Below, piece by piece: positions 52,853-64,000 of a DNA stretch of 64,000 nt. Source of the DNA: an uncultured Spirochaetota bacterium (GTDB lineage: Bacteria > Spirochaetota > UBA4802 > UBA5550); the NCBI GenBank assembly GCA_963827275.1, contig CAWHAA010000005.1, forward strand, positions 416,001 through 480,000, read 5' to 3'. The position numbers were made by a program, and so were the translations under genes. Position 1 is the stretch's first letter. Every line of letters begins with the position of its first letter. The notes beneath the pieces were generated by a model. That model was not told the DNA's origin. It did no database searches and saw nothing but the letters and a program-made list of their open reading frames with translations.

Positions 52853-55800
52853 CTATGCGGTTACGCGTCCAGATGCAGCGCCTATTCTCACTTCCGCAGA
52901 GTGTTCCCGGCGATCGTCAACAAGGGGGATGGCGGTGCTCGCTTATTGGAACGCCGTCGAGGGTTATGCCTGCAACGCCGCCGGCCGTCGTACGCACTAT
53001 GGTGATATGGTAGATCGTTTCCCGGTACCGGTAGTGGATCGTGAACGAGTCCCAATCATCGGGAAGGCACGGTTCAAAACGCAGCTTGTCCGTTTCAAGC
53101 CGGAGTCCCAGCAGTGATTCCAGAACAAGCCGGTACATCCATCCGGCCGATCCCGTGTACCATGTCCATCCGCCGCGACCGATATGGGGTGAAAGCGCGT
53201 ATACGTCGGCTGCGACAACATACGGTTCCACCTTGTAGGTCGCGACCCCCTGCGGGGTCGTGGCATGGTTCACCGGATTGATCATGGCCGTCAGTTCCCA
53301 TGCGCGCTGGCTGTCGCCTGATTTGGCGAAGGCCATTGCGGCCCATATCGCGGCATGAGTGTACTGGCCGCCGTTCTCCCTCACGCCGGGGACGTACCCC
53401 TTTATGTAGCCGGGGTTCAAATCCGATGCGTCGAGCGGCGGGTCCAGGAGCTGTATCAGCGCGTGGTCCCTGCGGACAAGGCGTTCATCCACCGCTTCCA
53501 TCGCCATGTGCGAGCGGCCGGCGTCCCCGGCCCCGGACAAAACCGACCAGCTTTGCGCGACCGAATCAATCTGGCATTCAGGATTGGCCGCCGAGCCGAG
53601 AGGCGACCCGTCGTCGAAATATGCGCGGCAATACCATCCGCCGTCCCAGGCGTTCTGCTCGATTTTTTGACGCAGCATGGACGCTTCGTTCCGGCAATGT
53701 TCGACGAAGGCCGTGTCGCCCTTCACGTTCGCGATTGCCGTGAACCCCATGAGCACCTCGTAAAAAAAGAATCCCAGCCATACGCTTTCGCCTTTTCCCT
53801 GTTCGCCGACGGTATTCATGCCGTCGTTCCAGTCACCCGAACCGATGAGCGGCAGGCCATGCGCGCCGTAGCGTTCGCCTCTTAAAATGGCGCGCACGCA
53901 GTGCTCGTAGAGGCTGGCCTCCTGCCGTGAGCGGTTCGGAAGATCGTAATAGGAGTCTTCGTCCGCATTTACCTGGCGGCCCTCGAGAAAGGCGACCGTT
54001 TCATCCAGCACGCCGGTGTCCCCGGTGGAGAGGACGTACCGGGCAGTCGCCATCGGCAGCCAGAGAAAGTCGTCCGAACAATGCGTGCGCACGCCCCGGC
54101 CCGTGGGAGGATGCCACCAGTGCTGGACATCGCCCTCCGTGAACTGGCGGGACGCGCACAACAGGATGTGTTCGCGGACAAGGCGCGGTTCCGCATGAAT
54201 GAGCGCCATGACGTCCTGCAGCTGGTCACGGAAACCGAAGGCCCCGCCGGACTGGTAATATCCGCTCCGGGCCCACATGCGGCACGCGAGGGTCTGGTAC
54301 AGGAGCCATCCGTTCGTCAGTACATCCAGGGAATGATCGGGCGTTTCCACGTGCACCGCGCCAAGGGTGCGGTTCCAGTATTGCCACACCCCTTCAAGGG
54401 CGCCCCGCGCCGCATACGCTCCCCGGAAGCGTCGCACCAGGCTGCCGGCATCATTGGCATCACGGCCGGCGCCGAGCCTGAAGATGATCTCGCGCTCCTG
54501 CCCGTCAGCCAGATCGAAAGGGACCTGTATGGCGGCGCAGGGATCCAGGGCGGCGCCTACCCTGCCGGACAGGCCCGACTCTGGTCATGGCGGCAGGGTT
54601 CCGGAGCGTGCCGTTGCGGCCGATGAACTCGGTGCGGTCGCCGCACAGGGACCGGGTCGTATCGTCCGTATCAAAGAAAGCGACCCGCCCGGCAAAATCC
54701 ATGCTGTAGCCGTTACGCGCCAGGAGAGCGCCGCTCGCCGGGTCCAGTTCCGTTACCACGTGCATCGCCGATTTGGAACGCAGGTCTCCCAGCACCCATT
54801 CCGCGTACCCCGTGGCCGACAGCCGCCGCGGACGGCCGGAAATGTTTTTTATTTTTAACACCGTAAACTTGACGCTTGCGTCCGGGGCCACGTACACCCA
54901 TGCCTCCGAGCTGATGCCGCGCTCGGTATGTTCGAATACGCTGTATCCGAATCCGTGCCGGGTCACATAGGGCGTCGCTCCGCGGCTCGGAAGCGGCATG
55001 GGAGACCAGTAGTGGCCGCGCTCTTCATCGCGGATGTAAAAGGCTTCCCCGCCTGAATCGCTTACCGGGTCGTTATGCCAGGGCGTGAGGCGGAATTCAT
55101 GGGCGTTCTCCGCCCAGGTATAGGCAAGGCCGCTCTCCGATACGACCGTTCCGAAATGCGGATTCGCCAGCACGTTCACCCAGGGCGCGGGGGTCACCTG
55201 CCCGTGCGCGGTCGTTATGATATACTCCCGTCCGTCGGGGGTGAATCCGCCGTAGCCGTTGAAGAACATGAGATCGGGACGGGGCTGCGCGGCCACTGCC
55301 GGGGGTTCGGGGCGGATGCTCCTGGCCGGCATGAGCTGCGGAACGGGTTTTCTCGCGCCGCCGCGGCGGCTGATCTGGTCCGCCAGCGTCCCCCGCCTGT
55401 CGGTTATTATGACGCGGGCGGCGGTCTGGATCAGTATGCGGTCCTCGTCGGATATCTGGTCGGAAGACCGCACGAAAATGCCCCCGGGCCGATCGATCAC
55501 ATTGGTTTCCGCCCCGGTGGCGAGGAGACCCATGATCTGGTCGTGCAGAAGCTGCCGGTACCCGGCATGGTCCTCGTTCCAGATCACCAGGTCGACCGCG
55601 AGCCCTTTCAGGTGCCAGTAATTGTGGGCCTGTATGAGCTGCCGCGCCAGGTTGATATTGGCCGGATCTTCAATCTGCAGCAGAACGATGGGCATATCGC
55701 CGGATATCGAGTAGCCCCACAGACCGGACTGACCGCGGCGGTTCCGCGCGATGATGCCGGGATCGGCGCGCAGGGAAGAGTGCGCGTAGATGATGGAGCC

Positions 55801-58800
55801 TGCGAGGCGCCCGTACAGCTGCGCGTCGGCCTCGGTCGCGTTGAGCTGCCGGAGCACCACCTGGCTGTGGGTCCATGCCAGATCGAAGACGCGGTCCGCG
55901 AGGCGCCGGTCCTGGTATTTCCCGATGAGGCTTCGGCCGCGGAGCGGTCCTCGCCGATGCCGGAAACGATATCGATCGTCGCCGACTCCTCCGGAGCGAG
56001 CGTTATCCGGTACCGGATCGCGACAACAGGGTCCAGCACCGAGCCCTCGCTTCCCGAAAGCGCCCCGGGTTCGTTCATGGCGCGGGGAGCGGCCGCGGTG
56101 TTCCAGCGTCCGATGAACCGCGCCCGGTCCGTCTCATAGGATATTCCTCCGGGATCCGCCCCGTACGCGGTCATCAGGTGAAAAAAACATGGCGTTTTTT
56201 CGGTGAGGGAGCGCGGACGGCGATGGCAGAGTATCGCATGCCGCTCCCGGTCGATTTCGGTCTGGACAAAAAGATTGCTGAAAGCCGGATGCAGGGCGTC
56301 CGCGGCAGCCGGCGCGATGACCACTTCCGCGTAGCTGGTTACATCGATCTCCCTGCGGGTCCGGGTCCGGTTGGTGATGCGGGTACGCCGCAGTTCGATG
56401 TCATCCTCGGGGGAAACGACGATCGTCGTATGCGCATCGATGCCGTGGTCCCGCCGGCGGAATTCGGCGCGCCCCTCGGAGAAAATCACTTCGTAATATT
56501 TCGGCTGCGCGAGCGTCGGTTGATACGCGGTCGACCAGAATTCGCCGCTTGATACGTCCCTGATGTAGCAGAACGAGCCCCAGTTGTCGCAGGTCCCGTC
56601 TTCGCGCCAGCGCGTGAGTGCGATGTCGTTCCAGCGGCTGTAACCCCCTCCCGCGTTCGTGACCATCACGTTGTATCTGCCGTTCGACAGCAGCTGCACC
56701 TCCGGCATCGGGGTGTCGGGGCCGTTGAATACGCGCACCGGCATGTCCGGGCCGGTGAAATTAGCGTGAATTTCGGGAAGCTCGGTGGTATGCGAATAAA
56801 ATGCCGTGGCCTTCGGGATCCGCTCTTGAAGAAGCAATGCCGTCGCCTGGAAGATCGGTTCCGCGTTGAATCGCTTCTGCATCGGACGGTCAAGGATCAC
56901 ATAGGCCAGCGCGAGAAAGCTCATGCCCTCATGGTGCGCCATGAAGGACCGGACAACGGCGTTCGATTCACCGTGCGGAAGCCTGGACGCGGTGTAGTCG
57001 ATCGCCTCATATAAGCCATACCTCCCCGCAAATCCCTCGGCCGCAAGCCGCTGAAGATTCACGCACGCCTCCTCGGGCGCCACCATGAGCGCCAGCACCG
57101 AGGCATAGGGCGCGATGACACAATCGTCGGCGAGTCCGCGCTTGAGCCCCAGGCCGGGCACGCCAAATGCCCGGTACTGGTAGTTGAGACTGGCATCGAT
57201 AAGGAAGTAGCCGGATTCCGACATGCCCCACGGTACGCCGCGCTGCCTCCCGTATTCGATCTGCCTGGCCACGGCCGCCTTATAGGTCTGGTCGAGCAGC
57301 GAGTATTCGTACGTCGGCATCACGAGAAGCGGCATCAGGTACTCGAACATCGATCCGCTCCATGACAGGAGCACCGGCCTACCGCCGGCCGTGGTGAGCT
57401 GCCGCCCGAGGGCGAACCAGTTTTCCTGTGGCAGCTGTCCCTGCGCTATCGCCACAAAACTGCACAGCCGCGCTTCCGACGCCAGCAGATCGTAGTAGCT
57501 CGCGTCCCTGCGGCGATCATTGACATTGTAGCCGATGGCCAGGAGGTGACGTTCCCTGTCGTAAAGGAAATCATATTCCATTCGGGCGAGCTCGCCCGCG
57601 TGCATGCGCCAGGCGTTCAATAATCGCAATCCTCTCGGCGGCGCGGTTGCCCGCCTCCCTGATGAGCCGCCGCATCTCATCATGCCCCTCGTTCTCAACG
57701 GGCGTCGCATCGGCGCCCGGCCTTTGATCGGATGCCGGCATGAGTTTCTCCATGCGGGAAAGCCAGTTGTCGCAGCGTCGGGATTTCGTCGATATCCGGA
57801 AACTCGCGGAGCAATTCGGATAAAACCGGCGATCCCGCCCACGGGGCGAGAAGGTCCAACTCGTCACGAGGCGGCCTTGCATTGCCGGGCCAGCGCCTGC
57901 GCCCACCACGATACCTGGTTATCGGGTCCGGAAAGTACGGCATCGGCCATGGCGGCGGCGGAGGCCGCAAGGCGATCAAGGCACAGCCGCGCGGACACGA
58001 GCGTTGCCGGCTTGTCACGGCAGGCGGCATCTATCTCCAGCTGGATATCCGCGAGCCGGGCCGGCGGCGCTCCCCCGGCCGTTGTTTCCACGAGGACACG
58101 GAGCGTGTCCCGGAGACCGTCAAATAACCGCGGTCCTACTATCTTTTTATCGGGAATTTCAAGCAGGCCCGACCGCAGTGTCAGCAGATAGGCCGCGAGG
58201 TTACCGCTGTCAACCGTTGAAATGTAGTTGGGCGGCAGCGGCTCCAGGGATTGTGTATCGTACCAGTTATAGAAATGTCCCCGGTACCGCTCCAGACTGT
58301 CCAGCGTGTCAAGCGTACGCGCCGTGCGATCGATACATTCACCCGCCGTCACGTAGCCGAAATCATAGGCGGTCAAATTCGCGAGGAGGGCAAGACCAAT
58401 GTTGGTCGGCGATGTCCGATGGGCGACAGCGGCGACCGGATGCTCCTGATAGTTATCGGGCGGCAGCCAGTTATCTTCCGGGCCGACAAATGTCTCGAAG
58501 AACGCCCAGATTTTACGGGAACAATTAAGGAGGAAGTCGGTCTGCCCGGCTGAAAGGCGCTTTTCCCTGCGGTCGAACGGCAGGCTGAGCCACCAGGCGA
58601 CAGCCGGTGAGGCAAACCAGAGTCCCAGTACCGGCAAGGCAATCAAAACAGAGGCCGGCGCGTACAGCGCGAGAACTACCGCCGCGGCTGCCGCTGAGAC
58701 CGGGGCGATCCACATGGTCAGATAGGAACCGGCGAGGCTTGTGCGGCTGTTGCGCTTCGAGTCGGCGGCCGTATTCCACTCGAGCAGACGTTTATGAGTG

Positions 58801-61586
58801 ATCAGCATCCGCCAGAAGGAGCGTAGAATCGCGCCCAGGCTGTAAAACGCCTCATAGGGCATGCACGCGATTGAAAATGCCAATTCCGCCAATCTTCTTC
58901 CGGCTGAATTCGTTGCCGCCGAAAGGTGCTGGCCCCAATGCACATCGTCCGGTTTCCTAAACACATCAACAAAGGAAATGATTACCGATGACAAAACGAT
59001 GATTCCGATCGTCACCGCGGTCCAGAGCCATGCCGGCGACAGGATCGTCCATCCCAGGAGAAGCATGAGTGATAGTGCGGGCGGGACGAGACTCCGCCTG
59101 AGGTTGTCGAATATCTTCCAGCGGGACAATCCCGAAAGCGGGTTCCTGCGCAGTCGGCCGCCAGGTCCGGGAACGACCGGGAGCAGCCACCGGACCAGCT
59201 GCCAGTCGCCGCGGATCCATCGGCGCCGGCGGTTGACGTCGGCGCTGTAGCGGGTCGGATATTCCTCGAGGAGCTGCACATCGCTCAAAAGCCCGGACCG
59301 CGCATGGCACCCTTCCAGAAGATCGTGGCTGAGGACCAGGTTTTCCGGCAGGCGTCCCTTGAGCGCCCGCTCGAATGCGTCAACGTCGTAGATCCCCTTG
59401 CCGATGAAGGAGCCTTCACGGAACAGGTCCTGGTAGACGTCGGAGACGGTGCGCGTATACGGGTCGATGCCCGGCTCGCTCCCGCACAACTGCGCGTACC
59501 GTGAACGGTTTGTGCCCTGAAGAATAACGGCCACGCGCGGCTGAATGATGCCGTATCCTTCGGTGACGCGATGCCTGGCGTCATCGTACTGCGCGCGGTT
59601 CAGCGGGTGCGCCATGGCGCCCGCGAACTGCCGGGCGGAGTCGCGCGGCAGGCGCGTATCCGTGTCGAGGGTGATAACATACTTGACGTTCAACAGCCGG
59701 TCCGTGTCCCCGACGACAAGAGAGAAGCTCTCCCGTGCCCCGCCCCGAAGATAGGAATTCAAATCAGCGAGCTTCCCCCGCTTGCGCTCATAGCCCATCC
59801 AGAGCTTTTCACGGGGATTCCAGCGGCGCGGGCGATGGAAAAGAAAAAACCTGCCGCCATCCGGATCGCGATACTTGTCATTCAACTCTTCAATTTTTCG
59901 CCGTGCCAGCCCCACGAACTGATCGTCTTCAGGCATGACTTCTTTGCCGGCGTCCTGGAAATCGGTCAGCAGGGCGAAGAACAGGTTTTGGTCCTGGTTC
60001 GCCAGAAATCTCACTTCCAGCGCCTCGGCCAGGTCCTCGATATTTTTATCGCTCGTGAGCATGGCGGGGACCACACCCAGGGTCTTCGCTTCCGGTGGAA
60101 TCCCTTCGGAGAAATCAAGACGCGGAAGGGGATGCGGCGTCACAAGCAGTGTCACCGTCCAGTTCACAAGCGCGACCGACAGGTGCGATGCGCATAGCAA
60201 TGCGATGACAATGAACAGTCCGAATGGCCATCCCTGCAGCCCGCTTTCACGGGCCATCAACAGAAGTCCGCAGGTGAACATCGCCAAGAGCAGCATGATT
60301 GAGCCGGCGTACATGAGCAGAGGAAACCGGCGGATTGCTTTTTGCAGAGCTTTTGAAGCGGTCAGGCGCACCCCGGCCGATCGTTCGAGCCGTGCCAATC
60401 CATTATCGACCAGGTAATAACCGACATGTGCCGTCCGATCGCCGCTTCCCCTTTCCGCCCCGCTTTCCTGCGATAAAAGGATCGTTTTACGCGCCACTTC
60501 GGCTTCGGACAGCCCGCTGCCCTTTGCGATCTCTTCTATTACGTGCCTATAGCGGTCACGGGTTGTAAAATCCATTCTGCGGTAAAACCCGCCGGTGTCC
60601 TCACCAAGGGTCTGATCGACAACGCTCATCGTTTCGACGAACTCATGCCAATCCATCGCGCCCAGGAACCGTAGACTGCCGAAGCTGTTGCTCATCGACA
60701 CCTGGTCGGCGGCCTGCTGCTGGACCTCCGAATGCACCAGCTGCTGGATTGTCGAACCTGATTCAGAGAGGTGCTGCTCGATCCAGGTCAGCGGCATCGC
60801 CAGGTTGGAGCTCTGTCCCTGCAGCCGGCGCGTAAGTTCGGCGACAAAAGCGCTGACCATGGGAGGGTCCGAACGCACCATCTCCGCGATCACCAGAATA
60901 AGGTTCTTCGGGTCCTTCTCCGAAGTCTCGATCATCCGGTCCGCCCAATGATCCGCGCGGATCTGTTCGGCCATGTCCGATGCGATCCGCGACGCGACGC
61001 GACGGAGATTTTCGATCAGCGCCAGGCGCAGCATGATCGGGATCGCCCACAATTCACCCAGCTTAAGGATGCTGACAGACTGGTAGGCCGCGACAAAACT
61101 GCTGAGATTCTCCGGGTCCACCCGCCCGTCACCGTGTGAAATCGTTTCCAGGGCGATATCATATACGCGCGGCAGGCCGGCCGACGGTCCGTTCCGGAGG
61201 CGGGGCAATTCCCGGCTGTAGCCCTTCGGCAAATGCCTCCGCGCCGTGCGAATCTGCTCTTCGATCAGATAAAAATTGTCAAGCAGCCATTCTCCGGCCG
61301 GGGTAATCCTTCGATTCACCTTGATCGCTTCTGCAAGCATGGTGCGGACTTTCAGCAGGACGACCTCATTCTCCGCCAGTCGCGTCATCAGGAGAATACG
61401 GCCTGAAACACGTTTCAGTCCCACCTCGTGGGATCCCGCAAGGATCCTGCCGTGCTCCCGCATCTGTTCGGCGCTGAATAACACCGACCGAAGCGGCTCC
61501 TCCACGCCATCATATTGCCGCATCCGTCCGCCGCGAAGGCGTGAAATTTTGCCGGTCAGGGACCAGCGATGTTTGGTACCGCTCAT
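52853..61586 (-). CDS. Cyclic beta-1,2-glucan synthase (Cgs/NdvB-like; GT84 plus GH94 phosphorylase), split by at least six indels
   Basis: [101 protein letters not shown] and RENGGQYTH. The fragments join near 57870, 57760, 57607, 55930, 54575 and 52945. Reconstructed end [17 protein letters not shown]...TA*. Confidence 0.88.
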
Positions 61587-61700
61587 TTTTTTAATGTGAG
61601 ATTTCCTTATTTAAAAAACTAATCAGCAAAGCATATGCACCCGGAATGGCATATGCGACAGTCATCAGACTTGTTGCATAATTCATTTATGTTATCGGGG

Positions 61701-61742
61701 TTAAGGAGCAGAGCCCCTTAAAAAGCCCCCCGCAGGGGCTTT
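61701..61742 (-). other. Two adjacent hairpins upstream of the glucan synthase gene; one is terminator-like on the minus strand
   Basis: Minus strand AAAGCCCC-TGCGG-GGGGCTTTTT, then TTAAGGGGC...GCTCCTTAA. Confidence 0.45.
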
Positions 61743-62204
61743 GTTATTGCCGTATTGCATGAGAATTTTTGATAGTTGTCTGAGAAAGAGAATTGAAGAA
61801 AGGATCGTTGTCTGAATCTAATTATACGGGATACGCATGATTTCACGAAGGTATGAAACATCCTCCCCGGCGGCATCCCGAACCTGTTGCAATCGCCGTG
61901 ATTCCATACAGTTAAATGCGATAGTGCCGGTTATGACCTGACATTCATGCGCCGATTGCTTGCTATAAAGTAAATCAAAAATATTAAGTATGTCAACAAA
62001 TTTATATGCCGGTGTATTTGCGCCCAACCCAGACCCTTGTATTGTTCGCGACACCGTTTCCGGGAAGATTTGTAGTTCTTTTTTTATACCAACCGGACGC
62101 TTGCATTTTTCATTCTCACTCTTTTGTCTGGACGTCAGGACGGATCTGTATATTTAAATTAAAGCGCTTCGCTCCGATTAATATCCCCGCGGATCAAAAA
62201 AAAC

Positions 62205-62243
62205 TTGAATATATCTGGATAGATATATATATTATTATATATC
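62205..62243 (+). promoter_or_regulatory. Sigma70 promoter with an AT-rich palindrome
   Basis: TTGAAT-N17-TATATT; GATATATA-N6-TATATATC (62222-62243); possibly bound by the downstream PadR protein. Confidence 0.5.
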
Positions 62244-62273
62244 ATATGTTTTATATTCACGGGAGGTAATCAT

Positions 62274-63617
62274 ATGAGTGGAAAAAAAGTAGTGGTTGTC
62301 GGCGCCGGATGCGCCGGTCTGTCCGCGACCTATACCCTTAAAAAACAGGGGATCAACGTAGTCGCCCTGGAAGCCGCCAGCGTGGCGGGCGGCAGGTGCC
62401 GGAACGTCAGGAAAGACGGGTTCAATCTTTCACTGGGAGCGGGATTTACCGAGCCGCAATGGGCCACGACATTCAGCTACCTGAAGGAATTAGGCATGCT
62501 TGACCAGGTAATCGACAACACGGTCCAGCGGTACGCGTTCTGGAGAAACGGGAAAAAGCACTACATTCTGACAGGCGGCGCCAAAGAGATGATCAAATCT
62601 CTCCCTGAAACGCTGGCCTTCCGCGGGCTTCCGCTGAAAGCATACCCGCAGCTTGTAAAGCTGGGGATGGCGATCAAGAAGTACCAGGGTAAAATGGACA
62701 ATGAGAGCCAGGACTTCGATTCCCTGCTTGAGCTCGGCAACACGAGCTCGGCTGAATTCACCCTGGAGCACGGCGGGCCCGAGGCGCTGGACCGGGTCAT
62801 CAGCCCGTTTCTCGGAACGATGGTGCTGGCGCGCCCCACGGACGTCACCATAGCCCACATCATCGCGCTGACCCACCTGATGAAAGGGATGTGCGTTATG
62901 AGAGACGGCATGGGATCAATCACCGCGGCACTGTACGAAAAGGTTAAGGATTCCGTCCGGCTTGCCACCCCGGTGAAAAAAATTGTTATCGAGAACAAGA
63001 AGGTTGTCGGGGTTGAAACCGGGAAAGGATTTATCGAAGCCGACCAGGTAATATGCGCGACGGACGCGGTCCTTGCGCGCACGCTGATGCCGGACCTGCC
63101 CGACACCATGAGAAAACCGCTTGAGACCTGTAAATACAGCTCAACCTATTCCTACATCTTCCCCATCGAAAAGAAAGTGACGCCGGAGCATTTCCTGTCA
63201 GTCATGATCCCCGGCAGTGAAAACTCGATACTCACGACAATTTTCGATGAGGCCGGTCTCATGAACGCCGCCCCTCCGGGAGCGGGGCTGATGCATTGTT
63301 TCACCGCCGGATGGCATGACGCGGAGCTGGCCAAGCTCTCCGAGAAAGAGCGCCGGCGTAGAGTGATACAGGAAACGCAAAAATTCTTCCCTGAGTTTCC
63401 GGACGAGCCGCTTATGACGGAAATGATACGCTATGACAGGGCGATAAACCTTGAGGCCCCGGGCCAGTTTCCCGCCATTCATGAGCTGTTGAAAAATCAT
63501 ATGCGCGATGTCAGGGGACTCTATCTTTCCGGCGAATACCTGTTTCTTATCGCCTGCACGGAAGGGGCCCTTGCTACCGGCAAAAAAGCGGCCGAGATGG
63601 CGATGGAAGACATGTAG
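62274..63617 (+). CDS. FAD-dependent oxidoreductase (amine oxidase / protoporphyrinogen oxidase superfamily)
   Basis: VVGAGCAGLSA, LEAASVAGGR and GLYLSGEY..CTEGALATG motifs; GGAGGT RBS. Confidence 0.85.
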   Translation: MSGKKVVVVGAGCAGLSATYTLKKQGINVVALEAASVAGGRCRNVRKDGFNLSLGAGFTEPQWATTFSYLKELGMLDQVIDNTVQRYAFWRNGKKHYILTGGAKEMIKSLPETLAFRGLPLKAYPQLVKLGMAIKKYQGKMDNESQDFDSLLELGNTSSAEFTLEHGGPEALDRVISPFLGTMVLARPTDVTIAHIIALTHLMKGMCVMRDGMGSITAALYEKVKDSVRLATPVKKIVIENKKVVGVETGKGFIEADQVICATDAVLARTLMPDLPDTMRKPLETCKYSSTYSYIFPIEKKVTPEHFLSVMIPGSENSILTTIFDEAGLMNAAPPGAGLMHCFTAGWHDAELAKLSEKERRRRVIQETQKFFPEFPDEPLMTEMIRYDRAINLEAPGQFPAIHELLKNHMRDVRGLYLSGEYLFLIACTEGALATGKKAAEMAMEDM

Positions 63618-63635
63618 CGGCATGCCGCTGCATGC

Positions 63636-63687
63636 CGGCCGCGCCATGGTTCCCTCAATATAATGACGGACATGGCGCGGCCGTTTT
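63636..63687 (+). terminator. 13-bp inverted repeat with a short T tail
   Basis: CGGCCGCGCCATG-N22-CATGGCGCGGCCG-TTTT. Confidence 0.45.
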
Positions 63688-63859
63688 ATCGCGGACGGAC
63701 AGCGTTATGCGGCATTGTCAACAATGGCGGACCGGCCGCGTTCCGCATGCCCGGAGCATTTTAAGGAAAAAGGGTTTGACCCCCATGGGCCATGTTGAAT
63801 AATTCATGAGATGCCGCCGGCGGAGACGGCTTCAGAAAATCCACTTCAAAGAGCGAGAC

Positions 63860-64000
63860 ATGCTGCTACAATATGTTCTTCTGGGATTGATCAGGCTCAG
63901 GCCTTCGGTATCAGGATACGAGCTTAAATCCATTATCGACAAATCGACGGGATATTTTTTTTCAGCGTCGTTGAGCCAGATTTATCCGGCCCTGAAATAC
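63860..64000 (+). CDS. PadR-family transcriptional regulator (runs off the window)
   Basis: Hand translation MLLQYVLLGLIRLRPSVSGYELKSIIDKSTGYFFSASLSQIYPALKY, with the SGYEL and SQIYPAL motifs. Confidence 0.8.
   Translation, partial: MLLQYVLLGLIRLRPSVSGYELKSIIDKSTGYFFSASLSQIYPALKY

Noticed and set aside
61804..61900. c-di-AMP (ydaO) riboswitch suggested by CTGAATC...CCCGAACC
   Set aside because: The other conserved blocks (GGAAC, GGGGTGAAT, CAGCTAAC) are missing; a cmscan hit would be needed.

Overview
A 64-kb chromosomal window from a GC-rich bacterium. The gene content (NfnAB, aldehyde:ferredoxin oxidoreductase, Fe-ADHs, class 3 FBPase, MCP) points to an anaerobe, possibly a spirochaete; that taxonomy is inference. 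Positions 1-41 kb are mostly housekeeping and metabolic genes. They also hold a 6S-RNA-like element, a metallophosphoesterase/nucleotidyltransferase fusion, an AOR operon with an apparently inactive ADH paralogue, an AT-rich GNAT gene behind an attC-like site, tRNA-Pro and a repeat/DUF1566 lipoprotein. The most striking structure lies downstream of tRNA-Trp (41098-41170). Two AT-rich, integrase-free modules of 2.7 kb and 5.35 kb sit in tandem, bounded by the tRNA 3' core TCACCTGCA. They share a 70-nt right end (60/70 identical) and a near-identical terminator hairpin at the left end. Module 1 carries a PIN toxin-antitoxin pair, a nitroreductase and an HxlR regulator. Module 2 carries KtrB/KtrA with a KdpD/KdpE-like pair but no kdpFABC. 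A perR/fur-bfr-katG operon and a ~8.7-kb cyclic beta-1,2-glucan synthase gene follow. Many genes carry single-base indels that look like long-read assembly errors. All calls are by eye from motifs; no database search was run.
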